From: an uncultured Clostridia bacterium
GTDB lineage: Bacteria; Bacillota; Clostridia; Christensenellales; UBA3700
Length of the DNA stretch: 64,000 nucleotides
Direction of reading: 5' to 3'
Assembly (NCBI GenBank): GCA_945872615.1
Contig: CAMBZZ010000001.1
Coordinates: 90,701-154,700 of the forward strand
This document shows positions 45,588-55,045 of this stretch, piece by piece (the first letter of the stretch is position 1; the number at the start of each line of letters is the position of its first letter). The notes beneath the pieces are model-generated. The model was not told the origin of the DNA. It was given only the letters and a program-made list of their open reading frames with translations, and ran no database searches. The position numbers and the translations under genes were made by a program.

Positions 45588-46877
45588 TTATTCCTCCTCT
45601 ACAGCTTTGAATGCTTGCTCTAAGTCTTGCAGAATGTCATCGATATGTTCGGTACCGATAGACAGTCTGATTGTGCTTTGCGCTATGTTTTGTTCCTCAA
45701 GTTCTTGCTCGTTGAGCTGACTGTGAGTAGTGGTCGCCGGGTGGATAACCAAGCTCTTGACGTCGGCTACGTTGGCGAGCAACGAGAAAATTTTGAGGTT
45801 GTCGATAAATTTGTGCGCCTCTTTTTGTCCGCCCTTGATGTCAAAGGTGAATATCGAAGCACCGCCGTTAGGGAAATACTTGCGATACAACGCGTTGTCG
45901 GGGTGGTCAGGAAGCGATGGGTGATTGACCTTGGCTACCAATCTATGACCCGAGAGGTACTCTACCACTTTGGCGGTGTTGTAGGCGTGACGCTCAAGTC
46001 GCAAGGACAATGTTTCTACGCCTTGCAAGAGCAAAAACGCCGCAAACGGTGATATGGGCGCACCCGTATCTCTAAGTAAAATCGCTCTGATATAAGTTAC
46101 GAACGCCGCTGCCCCTACCGCCTTGGTAAAGGATACGCCGTGATAGCTTGGCGTAGGGTCGCTGATTGCCGGGAATTTGCCCGACTTCTCCCAGTCGAAT
46201 TTGCCCGAATCTACGATTATACCGCCGAGCGTCGTGCCGTGTCCGCCGATGAATTTAGTTGCCGAATGCACTACTATATCGGCACCGTGCTCGATTGGTC
46301 TGATGAGGAAAGGTGTACCGAAGGTGTTGTCCACTACGAGTGGCAAAGAATACTTATGCGCTAGGCTAGCCAATGCGTCTATATCCGGTATGTCGCTGTT
46401 TGGGTTGCCCAAAGTCTCTATGTAGATGAGTTTTGTGTTGTCTTGGATTGCCTTCTCTACTTCGTCAAGGTCGTGGATATTGACGAAAGTCGTGGTGATG
46501 CCAAACGCCGGCAAAGTGTGACTCAACAGGTTGTAACTGCCACCGTATATCGTCTTTTGCGATACGACGTGTCCGCCGTTTTGCGCCAAGGCTTGTATGG
46601 TGTAGGTGATTGCAGCGGCGCCCGAAGCGAGTGCAAGTCCCGCTACTCCACCCTCGAGAGCGGCTATTCTCTTTTCGAGAACGTCTTGGGTGGAATTGGT
46701 AAGTCTACCGTATATGTTACCCGCATCGGTAAGTCCGAATCTGCCCGCCGCTTGCGCGCAGTCTTTGAAGACGTAAGAGGTGGTGGCGTAGATAGGCACA
46801 GCCCTTGCGTCGGTTGCTATATCGGGCGTCTCTTGCCCTACGTGAAGTTGTTGCGTTTCGAATTTATAGTTGGACAT
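45588..46877 (-). CDS. metY: O-acetylhomoserine sulfhydrylase/aminocarboxypropyltransferase
   Basis: 429 aa of the Cys/Met-metabolism PLP family (SATKFIGGHG lysine motif). The N-terminus is typical of MetY. Confidence 0.9.
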   Translation of the reverse strand: MSNYKFETQQLHVGQETPDIATDARAVPIYATTSYVFKDCAQAAGRFGLTDAGNIYGRLTNSTQDVLEKRIAALEGGVAGLALASGAAAITYTIQALAQNGGHVVSQKTIYGGSYNLLSHTLPAFGITTTFVNIHDLDEVEKAIQDNTKLIYIETLGNPNSDIPDIDALASLAHKYSLPLVVDNTFGTPFLIRPIEHGADIVVHSATKFIGGHGTTLGGIIVDSGKFDWEKSGKFPAISDPTPSYHGVSFTKAVGAAAFVTYIRAILLRDTGAPISPFAAFLLLQGVETLSLRLERHAYNTAKVVEYLSGHRLVAKVNHPSLPDHPDNALYRKYFPNGGASIFTFDIKGGQKEAHKFIDNLKIFSLLANVADVKSLVIHPATTTHSQLNEQELEEQNIAQSTIRLSIGTEHIDDILQDLEQAFKAVEEE

Positions 46878-47134
46878 AATTGATTCTCCTTGTCTAAATG
46901 TGTGTGTAGTGTAATTTGCGATTGGGTTGCCGACGTACTACCTTCTACACATTCGACCGAATCTAAAATTGTGACGTATAAGTCTTGTTAAGTATTTTTC
47001 CATTTTGATAAACCTACTTTGTTACTATGTTGAGTAGATAATACCACAATTAACATATGTTGTCAATAGGTTTTGTGTGTTTTTTATTGTTTTTTTCAAA
47101 AATTTGTGTTAGACTATGTTTGGAGGACGACAAA

Positions 47135-47554
47135 ATGATTTCTACGAGAGGAAGATACGCTCTGAGAGTGATGATTGATATAGCCGAAAACGGCAACGGA
47201 AGATATATCCCACTAGACGAGATTGCAAGTAGACAACAAATATCCGAAAAATACTTGGAGAGCATTTTGGTTATACTCACCAGAGGCGGAATGCTCAACG
47301 GTTTGAGAGGCAAAGGCGGCGGGTATAAGCTCACCAAAGCCACGTGCGACTATACCGTGGGCGATATTTTGAGGTTGACCGAAGGCTCGCTTGCTCCCGT
47401 TGCTTGCCTAAAAGAAGGCGCCGAACCTTGCGCAAGACAAAACGAATGCAAAACTCTCGGCGTGTGGAAGGGACTTGACACCGTAATCAACAATTACCTA
47501 GATGGCATTACCCTCGACTCGCTGGTGGGACAAGGAGCGGATTATAGCATTTGA
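47135..47554 (+). CDS. Rrf2-family transcriptional regulator (CymR/IscR-like)
   Basis: 139 aa from the ATG at 47135 (GGAGGA RBS), starting MISTRGRYALRVMIDIA. Three Cys lie in CLKEGAEPCARQNEC. Divergent from metY-cysK. Confidence 0.85.
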   Translation: MISTRGRYALRVMIDIAENGNGRYIPLDEIASRQQISEKYLESILVILTRGGMLNGLRGKGGGYKLTKATCDYTVGDILRLTEGSLAPVACLKEGAEPCARQNECKTLGVWKGLDTVINNYLDGITLDSLVGQGADYSI

Positions 47555-47617
47555 AAACGTCGGCAATATAATACTAATTGAATAACACAATATTGATTAT
47601 AGTATAAAAATATAATA

Positions 47618-47656
47618 ACCAAGACCGTGTCGCATCGATACGGTCTTGGTTATTTC
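47618..47656 (+). terminator. Intrinsic terminator after the Rrf2 gene
   Basis: Stem AACCAAGACCG/CGGTCTTGGTT with a 13-nt loop, followed by ATTT. Confidence 0.7.
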
Positions 47657-47692
47657 CGTAAGGCTAAAATTCGGTAAGTCGTGATATAAGAT

Positions 47693-47720
47693 AAAAAGAC
47701 CGCAATATTGCGGTCCTTTT
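47693..47720 (-). terminator. Intrinsic terminator after the GH18 gene
   Basis: Stem GACCGCA/TGCGGTC with a 4-nt loop. A T-run follows on the minus strand. Confidence 0.7.
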
Positions 47721-47740
47721 GCATTTTAGTCTTCAAACAT

Positions 47741-49198
47741 TTATTTGCGGGCGTCGATTGCCGCCTTCATTGCCATCCATAGCGATAGGTCGTCCTCGGG
47801 CGGTACGTCGCAAGTGTAGTGCCACACCATAAGTCCTCCCACGCCGTGGTCGATGGCAAATGCCGTCTTGTCGTAAACCATTTGCCAGCCGTTGTAGTAC
47901 AGTCTCTTGACCTCGTTGCCGTCCACGTCTACGAGCGGATTGCCGTAATCGTCGACTTTGGCGTCGTAGATATTGCCGAACTTGCCGAGCGAATGAGCAA
48001 CCGCGTTGTAATCTCCCCAAAATAGTGCCGTGTCGATAGGACGAGAATAGAACGGTATACCCATATTAATCTTAGATACGTCGGTGTAAGAATAAGGCGC
48101 GTTGAGGGTGAGCGCGTTGAGATTCTCCATTTCGCGTATGCCACGATACGCCGACTCGGCAAAGGTGGAGTGATAGCCGTGCTCTTCGTAGGTTTCGTCG
48201 TAGTTCATGACCTCGACCCAGTCTACGTTGTCAAGTCCGCTATGGTCGAACAATCCGATTTTGTAGATTGCCCACGAGCAGAGTGCAACCGTCACGACCT
48301 TTTGAGGAGGCATTGCCTCTTGCAACGCTCCGCAAAAATCGAAGAGGTGTTTGTACTCGGTAGGGTTGGTAGGATATTCGTAGTCAAATGAGAGACCGTC
48401 AAGGTCGTACTTTTCGCAAAAAGCCGTGGCGTTCTTAAGCAAGTTGTCCTTGTAAGTGGTAAAGGCAGGATCGTGGATTTCGTTGGGATAACGATTGCCC
48501 TTGAGGTCTTGACCGAGTATCGTGCATACTATAGTTGTGCCGGGCTTAGCAACTGCTCTAACGTTGGCAAGCGCCGTCTCGAAAATCTCTTGTCCGTCCT
48601 TGAGTACGCCGTCTACGGTAAAGTCATTGAAATACAAGTTGCCATACTCGTCAAAGTAGGTACAAGTGATGAGGTTGACGTGATTGATAACCTCGAAGTG
48701 CTCGGGGTGCAAAGACTCTATCTTTTGCACGTAAGGCGCAACGACGTACGCCGTTACTCGAAAGTCGTCGTCGTAAGAGCCGTGAATATCAAAGACTTCT
48801 ACGTCCTTTATCTTGACGCTCTTGCCTGCCATTGGCGTGATTTTGACGACGAGTTTGTCTGTCGTGACGCTGTCGAAAGCACAGTACCTATAAGGTCCGA
48901 TGAGGTCTTGACGATAGAAGAACACTTCGTTGCCCTCTTGGTCTTGATAATACATCTCGAATTGCTCGACGTTGTTGTCCCTTTCTTTGAGCACCACCGT
49001 ATTGAAGGTCTGCTCGGCGTCAAACTTGACGGTAACGGTTTCGCTCGTCTTGGTGACGCGGGCATTAGCCGTCAAGTCGACATGGTCGCCCAAGTACCCT
49101 TCGGTGTCGGTCAGGGTATAATGAACGCCTACTCCCACGCCTACCGCTAATATTGCGACCACTATAACTATGGTCAGAATTTTTGCTTTGATAGTCAT
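47741..49198 (-). CDS. Glycoside hydrolase family 18 protein (chitinase/endo-beta-N-acetylglucosaminidase-like), membrane-anchored
   Basis: 485 aa from the ATG at 49198. It has an N-terminal TM helix, a beta-sandwich-like domain, and the GH18 catalytic motif DGLSFDYEYP. Confidence 0.75.
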   Translation of the reverse strand: MTIKAKILTIVIVVAILAVGVGVGVHYTLTDTEGYLGDHVDLTANARVTKTSETVTVKFDAEQTFNTVVLKERDNNVEQFEMYYQDQEGNEVFFYRQDLIGPYRYCAFDSVTTDKLVVKITPMAGKSVKIKDVEVFDIHGSYDDDFRVTAYVVAPYVQKIESLHPEHFEVINHVNLITCTYFDEYGNLYFNDFTVDGVLKDGQEIFETALANVRAVAKPGTTIVCTILGQDLKGNRYPNEIHDPAFTTYKDNLLKNATAFCEKYDLDGLSFDYEYPTNPTEYKHLFDFCGALQEAMPPQKVVTVALCSWAIYKIGLFDHSGLDNVDWVEVMNYDETYEEHGYHSTFAESAYRGIREMENLNALTLNAPYSYTDVSKINMGIPFYSRPIDTALFWGDYNAVAHSLGKFGNIYDAKVDDYGNPLVDVDGNEVKRLYYNGWQMVYDKTAFAIDHGVGGLMVWHYTCDVPPEDDLSLWMAMKAAIDARK

Positions 49199-49284
49199 AA
49201 TCTCTCCCCGTGACAAAAATTGCATAGCGATATTTTATCGCCGCGTATCTATACAAAATTATAATAAAATAATAGACGTTTGTC

Positions 49285-49299
49285 AATATCGTCGATATT
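49285..49299. promoter_or_regulatory. Perfect 7-1-7 palindrome in a divergent promoter region
   Basis: AATATCGtCGATATT lies between the GH18 start (49198, minus) and the transporter start (49383, plus). Confidence 0.35.
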
Positions 49300-49382
49300 T
49301 GTATTTCACAACCGCTACTTTTGAAAAAACATACTTGTAATGAAAATAATTGTATGTTATTATTATCTTATAGGAGAAAATT

Positions 49383-51078
49383 ATGGGTAAAATCAAAAGC
49401 GCCTTTAGCAAAATCGGAAACGTTTTCAAAGGCTTCGTTACTTATTGGAACAAACCGCCTAAAGGACGATATTTGTCCTACAAGGAAGCCGCAGCTTATT
49501 GTGTGGGCGGTATGGGCGCGGTCGGCGCAACGGTCATTCCTAACTACGTGACCTTGCAAGCGGGTATCTATATCGCCGCCGCTCTCAACATAGCCGTCGA
49601 CCACATCATCATCATAGGTATAATAGGCAATAGTCAACATACTAAGAGCGCCGATTTATTCGATGTTAGTCGACAACACCAATACCAAATACGGCAAGTT
49701 TAGACCATATTTGATATGGATGCCTATACCAATAGTTATATGCATGTTTGCCATAGGTTGGATTCCGCAAATGTTGACCGACCACTATATGGTGATGCTG
49801 GTAGTATATACTATAATCTTCCAGTTGTTGCAGTTCTTTGTGGGGCTATACTCTTTGGCTTTTACCACTCTGCTGCAAGTCATAACGCCTGCTCAAGGCG
49901 AAAAAGAATGGCTGATGGGTATCGGCGCAACGGTGTATTCCCTCGGACCTTCTTTGGTCAATATGGTTATACCTTTTATCGGTAACTTGTTGTACACTTA
50001 CACTCTCGCCTCAGGCGACAAAATTATGGGTATCAATACCGTAGGTCCTTTTAAGTGGGTGACACCTATAGCAATGATTATCTGCCTTGCCCTCGGATAT
50101 TGGACGGCTTTCGGCACCAAAGAAAGAACGGCAACCTCCAAGCAATATAAGCAAAAAGTCAACTTCAAACACGGCATAGTGTCGACTGCTAAAAATAAAT
50201 ACTTTTGGCTCTATACGTCGAGTTCTATACTCGGCACATTCAAACTTGCGGGCACTTCCTTCGTCGTTTGGTTGTGTAGCTATGCAATACAACAAGATTG
50301 GGCGCAATCACTCTTCGTGACGATAATGGGCTCGGCATGCGTTCCGGGAATGGTGCTTGCTCCGCTGTTTATCAAAAAGTTCGGCAAAAAGAACATAATT
50401 ATATTTACCAATATTCTTTGTGTGGTACTGACTATTCCGCTACTATTCGTATCGATGAGTTACAACTCATTTACGCCCTACTTTATAATCATAATATCTT
50501 TTATCATAACACTTGCCAACTCGCTACAACTAGTTACCGCTCCCGCTATCCAAACCCAAATGTACGACTATCAACAATTCCAAACGGGTGAAAGACAAGA
50601 GGGCTTCATATCGCAATGCGTTGCTATGCTTACTATGGCGATAGGTATCGCTTTGTCATTCGTCAACCCCGCCATCTACAAGTTGCACGGTTTCAACGAC
50701 GACGCTACGGTACTAACAAATCCCGACGTTTTGTACGGAATTATCGCAACGAGCGCAATACTAGGTATAGTCAGCGGCATACTCGGTACAATACCTATGT
50801 TATTCTGGGATATAACTGAGAAAAAGCACGCTTGCATTATCGAAACGCTCAAGGTTAGAGCATTGGCTCAAGACGGAATAGTGGACGCGGAAACGGCTAC
50901 TTCTCTAGAAGAGAGATTGATGGGCGGCGACGTGGAAGCTTTGAACGAGTACGTTAGAGAAACGGGCATCGGCGGTGAGGACTTCCTATCCGTCAAAGAC
51001 GCGCCAACCGATAGCTTAGAAGAGGTGACCGTGGACGTGCAAGAAAGCGTAATCGACGAAGGCGAGAATAATCAATAA
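49383..51078 (+). pseudogene. GPH/MFS-2 family glycoside:cation symporter, interrupted by a +1 frameshift near 49629
   Basis: ORF 49383-49703 encodes TM1-2. ORF 49663-51078 continues with the family motif DNTNTKYGKFRPYL. Skipping one base at about 49629 gives a continuous ...IIGIIGIVNILRAPIYSMLVDN... Confidence 0.7.
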
Positions 51079-51118
51079 TTTCGCAAAAAGTCGATACGTA
51101 TAAGCAAAAACACAAGTT

Positions 51119-51165
51119 GTGGCGTAGTGATAAGAAGCTGTCACTACGCCACTATTATATTTTAC
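51119..51165 (+). terminator. Intrinsic terminator after the transporter gene
   Basis: 12-bp stem GTGGCGTAGTGA/TCACTACGCCAC with a 10-nt loop, followed by a T-rich tract. Confidence 0.7.
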
Positions 51166-51325
51166 TTACGGCAGGTATGTACATTAGAAGTGAGGTGTGT
51201 CTGTCGACAAGTGACGTGCCTTCGGCGTGACGTTTGCCTGACGGTGAGTGAGTTACTCCTAAAGGAGAATATACGGATAATAATCAACTACCGTCGGCGT
51301 AGCCAGCATCACTTTGACCGTAGGT

Positions 51326-51907
51326 CTATGCGTTAGAGTTGCTAAGCGGAAAAGAGTCGTTAGGGTTATCCAAGAACTTGTCTTTGAACTTGGTCAATAC
51401 ATTGGCAAGAGGTAAAAACAATAGCGGAAAGACGATGGCGTTGCACGCGATTTGCACTACGTAAAAGACTATACCTCGGCTGTAATATATGGCAAACCTT
51501 TGCCAAAAGTTGTCCCAAAAGCCGCTGAAAAGTCCTACGTCAACGAGCGAAGTCAATACACCGAAAAACGCCGTCAGCACGACTATGACCGCCGTAATTA
51601 TTAGTCGGCTTTTGACCTTGTGCCGACCGAGTAACCAATATATCATGCACACCGTTGGCCAATAAATTAGGTAGGATAATACCCACGTGTTGACGCCCCA
51701 TATCAGCGTTTCTATCCCCACGAAAAGCACTATCGACACCACACCGACAAGTCCGAATACGTAGCCGTAAACCGCGCAAAGCAGACTGACGACTTCTACG
51801 TTGGGAATAGCCGACAAGGCGAGTTTTCCCGCTTCGATAGTAGCCGTCATTATTGCTATTAGGGCGACCTTTTTGGCACCTATACTAGTGGCGTGCTTGA
51901 GCGACAT
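51326..51907 (-). CDS. ECF-transporter S-component-like membrane protein (candidate cobalamin-related substrate-capture subunit)
   Basis: 193 aa with about six TM helices. It is the second gene downstream of a cobalamin riboswitch. The family assignment is inferred from size, topology and context. Confidence 0.5.
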   Translation of the reverse strand: MSLKHATSIGAKKVALIAIMTATIEAGKLALSAIPNVEVVSLLCAVYGYVFGLVGVVSIVLFVGIETLIWGVNTWVLSYLIYWPTVCMIYWLLGRHKVKSRLIITAVIVVLTAFFGVLTSLVDVGLFSGFWDNFWQRFAIYYSRGIVFYVVQIACNAIVFPLLFLPLANVLTKFKDKFLDNPNDSFPLSNSNA

Positions 51908-51908
51908 A

Positions 51909-52373
51909 TCAATATTTGATAAGCGTTATATAGATAATTGCTCCGTCTTCTATCGACATAGACGATACACCGACGCCGGAACTCGTCAAGGTTTTGCCTT
52001 GGTATTCCACGGTGCTTGCATACTCTGAAACGTCAAAATCTTTAGCAACCGAAGTGTAAATATAGATATATTCGCCCGTGGCATAATTTTGTTGTAAGTT
52101 GCCGACTTTGGTAAGATATGCCCCGTATCCGCTATCCTCGCTGCTATACTCTAGCCCTTTATTAGCTTGGAGATAATCCAAAATTGCGATAACTCCACCG
52201 TCCTCGGCGATGTCGGACAAGTCAACCTCGTATTCGGTTGCTTCGCCCTCTAGCGGTGCAACGACGATAGTTACCTCTCCCTTGGAGGGCATTTCGGGCT
52301 GACAAGCCACGGCGCACAAAACAAGTGCGAGCGCAAGACATACAATGACTGCTACTTTGCTAAAATTTTTCAT
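51909..52373 (-). CDS. DUF4430-like lipoprotein (transcobalamin-like domain)
   Basis: 154 aa with a lipobox (LVLCAVAC). The segment GYGAYLTKVGNL...GEYIYIYT is typical of DUF4430. It lies directly downstream of the B12 riboswitch. Confidence 0.6.
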   Translation of the reverse strand: MKNFSKVAVIVCLALALVLCAVACQPEMPSKGEVTIVVAPLEGEATEYEVDLSDIAEDGGVIAILDYLQANKGLEYSSEDSGYGAYLTKVGNLQQNYATGEYIYIYTSVAKDFDVSEYASTVEYQGKTLTSSGVGVSSMSIEDGAIIYITLIKY

Positions 52374-52397
52374 AGTTTGTTCTCCTTATCGTAGGGC

Positions 52398-52575
52398 AAA
52401 AGAAAAACCTACTCGTAAGAGTAGGCAAGCAAGACGTAAGTCCATTCTCCCTTGCCCAAGAATTTCTTAGCTTAGTGATTGACAGGCAGGTTATCCGACT
52501 GTGACGGTAATGGCTGTTGCGACGGAATTTCACCGTTCTTCCCACTGCTCTTAGCCCTAAGGCAAGTCTGTCAAA
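52398..52575 (-). promoter_or_regulatory. Cobalamin (B12) riboswitch with a terminator expression platform
   Basis: Minus strand reads ...AGTGGGAAGAACGGTGAAATTCCGTCGCAACAGCC...CACAGTCGGATAACCTGCC... This covers the GGGAA/GGTGAAAUUCC core and the B12 box. Candidate P1 is CTTGCC/GGCAAG. The terminator is CCTACTCttacGAGTAGG plus a T-run at 52398-52425. Confidence 0.8.
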
Positions 52576-52680
52576 CTATTGATATTGATATGTTAGCATA
52601 ACCGATACGCTTTGTCAAACAATGATTGCTAACATTATAAAAAATCCTAATAAGTATCGACTTTTTGATGCTTTTGTAGG

Positions 52681-53004
52681 TTACTCTTTGTCGATATAAT
52701 AACAAACTAAGTCGACGACGCCTCGATTGTTAGTGCCGCCGCCCTTGATAGTGCATTCGAAGGTCATGCCCACCTTTTGCATTACTCTTCCCGACTTGGG
52801 ATTGTCATAGTCGTGCTTGGCAATTACTCTCCTAAAGCCGACCTCGTCAAACAAAAACCTAATAACCTCTCGCGCCGCTTCGGGCATTATTCCACGCCCC
52901 CACCAAGCTCTGCCTAGCACCCAACCGAGTTCCGCCACTCGTGCCTCTTCGACTATATTGACGACGGCAATATTGCCGATTAGCTCCTCCGTATCCTTGA
53001 GCAC
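52681..53004 (-). pseudogene. C-terminal half of a GNAT acetyltransferase domain (fragment downstream of an in-frame TGA)
   Basis: 107 codons in the same frame as 53011-53775, containing the acetyl-CoA-binding region (WWGRGIMPEAAREVIRF). There is no ATG; the track uses a GTG. Confidence 0.55.
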
Positions 53005-53010
53005 GACACC

Positions 53011-53775
53011 TCATTGATAGTTGGCGGGATTGTCATATTCGCCTTCGCACATAGTTAGATATGCTATCGAATCGTCTACGCTTTGATGCGTCTGCCAAGT
53101 CAAATACTTGGTAACCTCGTCGTCGGACGCCCAGTTGTCGAATACCGATTGAGCGTCATCTAAGGTGAGCGGACGCAAAATCAGTCTGTCCGTAGTCAAA
53201 ACTTTGGTTCCTTGATGATTCATAATAGTATTGCTTTGCTTCTTTGGGTTGTTGAGCCTAAGTCGATATAACTTGCCTATCGTGCGTATCGTGCCGCCGT
53301 TGCACTCGTATGGTACCTCTTTTTCTAATGCAAAGCCGAGTTTTTGAATTACGCGGGCGGACGCCTCGTTGTCAACCGCGTGCAAGGCTATGCAATTCTC
53401 TATCGCCAATATCTGTTGCGCAAACCTAAGCACCGCGCGCATTGCCTCAGTCGCATAGCCCTGCCCCCAATACTCCTTGCCGAGATTGTAGGATATATCC
53501 CACTCTCCTTGCTCGCCGTCGAAATATATCAAGCAAGTGCCTATAGTCAAGCCCTCCTTGGTAATTATCAACCACCTATACCAATCGTCGCTTTCTATTT
53601 TGGTCAACTCTTCCTTGACGAATCGGCGGGCATCCGCTATATCGTCGCTCGCCTTCCAATACATATATCGCGACACGTCCTCGTCGCTCATCCAACAATG
53701 GAATATATCGTCGACGTCGCTCTCTTGTATCGGGCGTAAAATTAGTCTATCCGTATATAAAGTTTCCGTTGTCAT
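53011..53775 (-). CDS. GNAT family N-acetyltransferase (RimJ/RimL-like), fused to the N-terminal half of a second GNAT domain
   Basis: 254 aa. The first domain is complete (TDRLILRP...WGQGYATEA...). The second begins at TDRLILRPLTLDD and ends at the TGA at 53011-53013. Confidence 0.75.
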   Translation of the reverse strand: MTTETLYTDRLILRPIQESDVDDIFHCWMSDEDVSRYMYWKASDDIADARRFVKEELTKIESDDWYRWLIITKEGLTIGTCLIYFDGEQGEWDISYNLGKEYWGQGYATEAMRAVLRFAQQILAIENCIALHAVDNEASARVIQKLGFALEKEVPYECNGGTIRTIGKLYRLRLNNPKKQSNTIMNHQGTKVLTTDRLILRPLTLDDAQSVFDNWASDDEVTKYLTWQTHQSVDDSIAYLTMCEGEYDNPANYQ

Positions 53776-54545
53776 CGACCTAATTGCTCCTTGGTAAATA
53801 AAACGTTGAGTACCCTCTGCGTAATAAAAATATATCGTCCGTCGTCGCTTACATGAACTCCGTAGCTGTCCACGACTTGTTGACCGTGTTTTTCTTTGAT
53901 TTGCTCATAGTTTACTGCCGTGGATATGAGCCGAGGAAACGTGATTGAAGTTTCGAAAAAATCTACCGTCTTTAGCCCTACGGATTGCCCGAGTTGCTGC
54001 CACTCTGACAACGTATAAAACTTGATATGCCCATCGGCTTTCATCTTCATATAGTCGTCGACAAAGCGCGTAGTATCGTCGTCGTTGGGCGTTGGATCGG
54101 CAATAAACAGCTCTCCGCCAGGCTTAAGTACTCTGCTTATTTCTCCGAAAGTGGAGCGAATATCGGGAAAATGATGCAGCGCGTATCGAGTTACGACTAC
54201 GTCAAAAGTGCCTGCTTGTAATGGAAAGTTCTCGCCGTCGTAAGATATAAAAACTACGTTGATTAGTCCCTCTTGCTTGGCGCTCTCCGTATTCTTTGCC
54301 AATGTTTTCTTTACAATATCCAATCCAACGACGCGTACCTCTTGGTAGCGTCTTGCGATTGCTAACGCAACGTACCCCGTGCCCGTGCCTAGGTCAAGCA
54401 CTTTGGCGTTGGGCTTTAGTTGCAAAGAGTCTATTATTTGGGACAAGTGCTTTGCATCTTGAGTTTGCCTATCGTACAACTTGCCTTCTGCAAAACTCTT
54501 TTCGAATCCCTCTTTGGTTGCTTGAATACTTATTTTGTTTTCCAT
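53772..54545 (-). CDS. Class I SAM-dependent methyltransferase
   Basis: 257 aa with motif I VLDLGTGTGYVA and a Methyltransf_11-like core. Confidence 0.8.
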   Translation of the reverse strand: MENKISIQATKEGFEKSFAEGKLYDRQTQDAKHLSQIIDSLQLKPNAKVLDLGTGTGYVALAIARRYQEVRVVGLDIVKKTLAKNTESAKQEGLINVVFISYDGENFPLQAGTFDVVVTRYALHHFPDIRSTFGEISRVLKPGGELFIADPTPNDDDTTRFVDDYMKMKADGHIKFYTLSEWQQLGQSVGLKTVDFFETSITFPRLISTAVNYEQIKEKHGQQVVDSYGVHVSDDGRYIFITQRVLNVLFTKEQLGR

Positions 54546-54633
54546 TTTTCTTATCGTTTTTATTAGTTATTGACTGTATGAGGTTTTTATCTTGATTGAC
54601 ATTTTTCTCCCTTTTCTATTCTTACGTAGCCTA

Positions 54634-54999
54634 TCACTCGATTTCGTATCCGGCAGTATTTAGCGCCTCGATTGCCTTGTCGTAATTTTCCGCTTTGACC
54701 AAAATATAGTCCGTGTTGTACGTGGAGATAACGAAAATGCCAATCTTTCGCTCCGCTAGAATACAGCTTAATTTGGACAACACGCCCGTCAAAGAAAAGT
54801 CCAAGGTGCCTTGTATGCGAAAACCTCGCCAACCGTCTTCTCTAGCCAGCGCAGACAATGGCGTATCTTCCGTCTTGCAAACTAGCGAGATTTCTTCATC
54901 GGTCTTGCCAATAAAGAAAATTTCTCGAGTTGGGTCTATATCCGTGATGAATTTTACTTTGCAAATAGTAAAATCGTAGTTTAATTTTTTTAGTTTCAT
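54634..54999 (-). CDS. ACT-domain-containing protein (ACT_7-like)
   Basis: 121 aa with the pattern FTICKV...ISLVC...GWRGFRIQGTLDFSLTGVLS...GIFVISTYNTDYILV. Confidence 0.6.
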   Translation of the reverse strand: MKLKKLNYDFTICKVKFITDIDPTREIFFIGKTDEEISLVCKTEDTPLSALAREDGWRGFRIQGTLDFSLTGVLSKLSCILAERKIGIFVISTYNTDYILVKAENYDKAIEALNTAGYEIE

Positions 55000-55045
55000 A
55001 ATCGTATAACGTATTTTGAATAACTGCCGCGTTGTAATCCTATTC

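Noticed and set aside
46878-47134. SAM riboswitch or T-box upstream of metY
   Set aside because: The minus-strand leader lacks the conserved S-box core and lacks T-box specifier and T-box sequences. Regulation by the divergent Rrf2 (CymR-like) protein is the simpler explanation.
53011-53013. TGA read as Trp (genetic code 4/25) to explain the split GNAT
   Set aside because: TGA terminates other well-defined genes in this window, including the Rrf2 regulator at 47552-47554 and the rumA-like gene at 55569-55571. Proteins also end at conserved C-termini when TAA, TAG and TGA are all read as stops.
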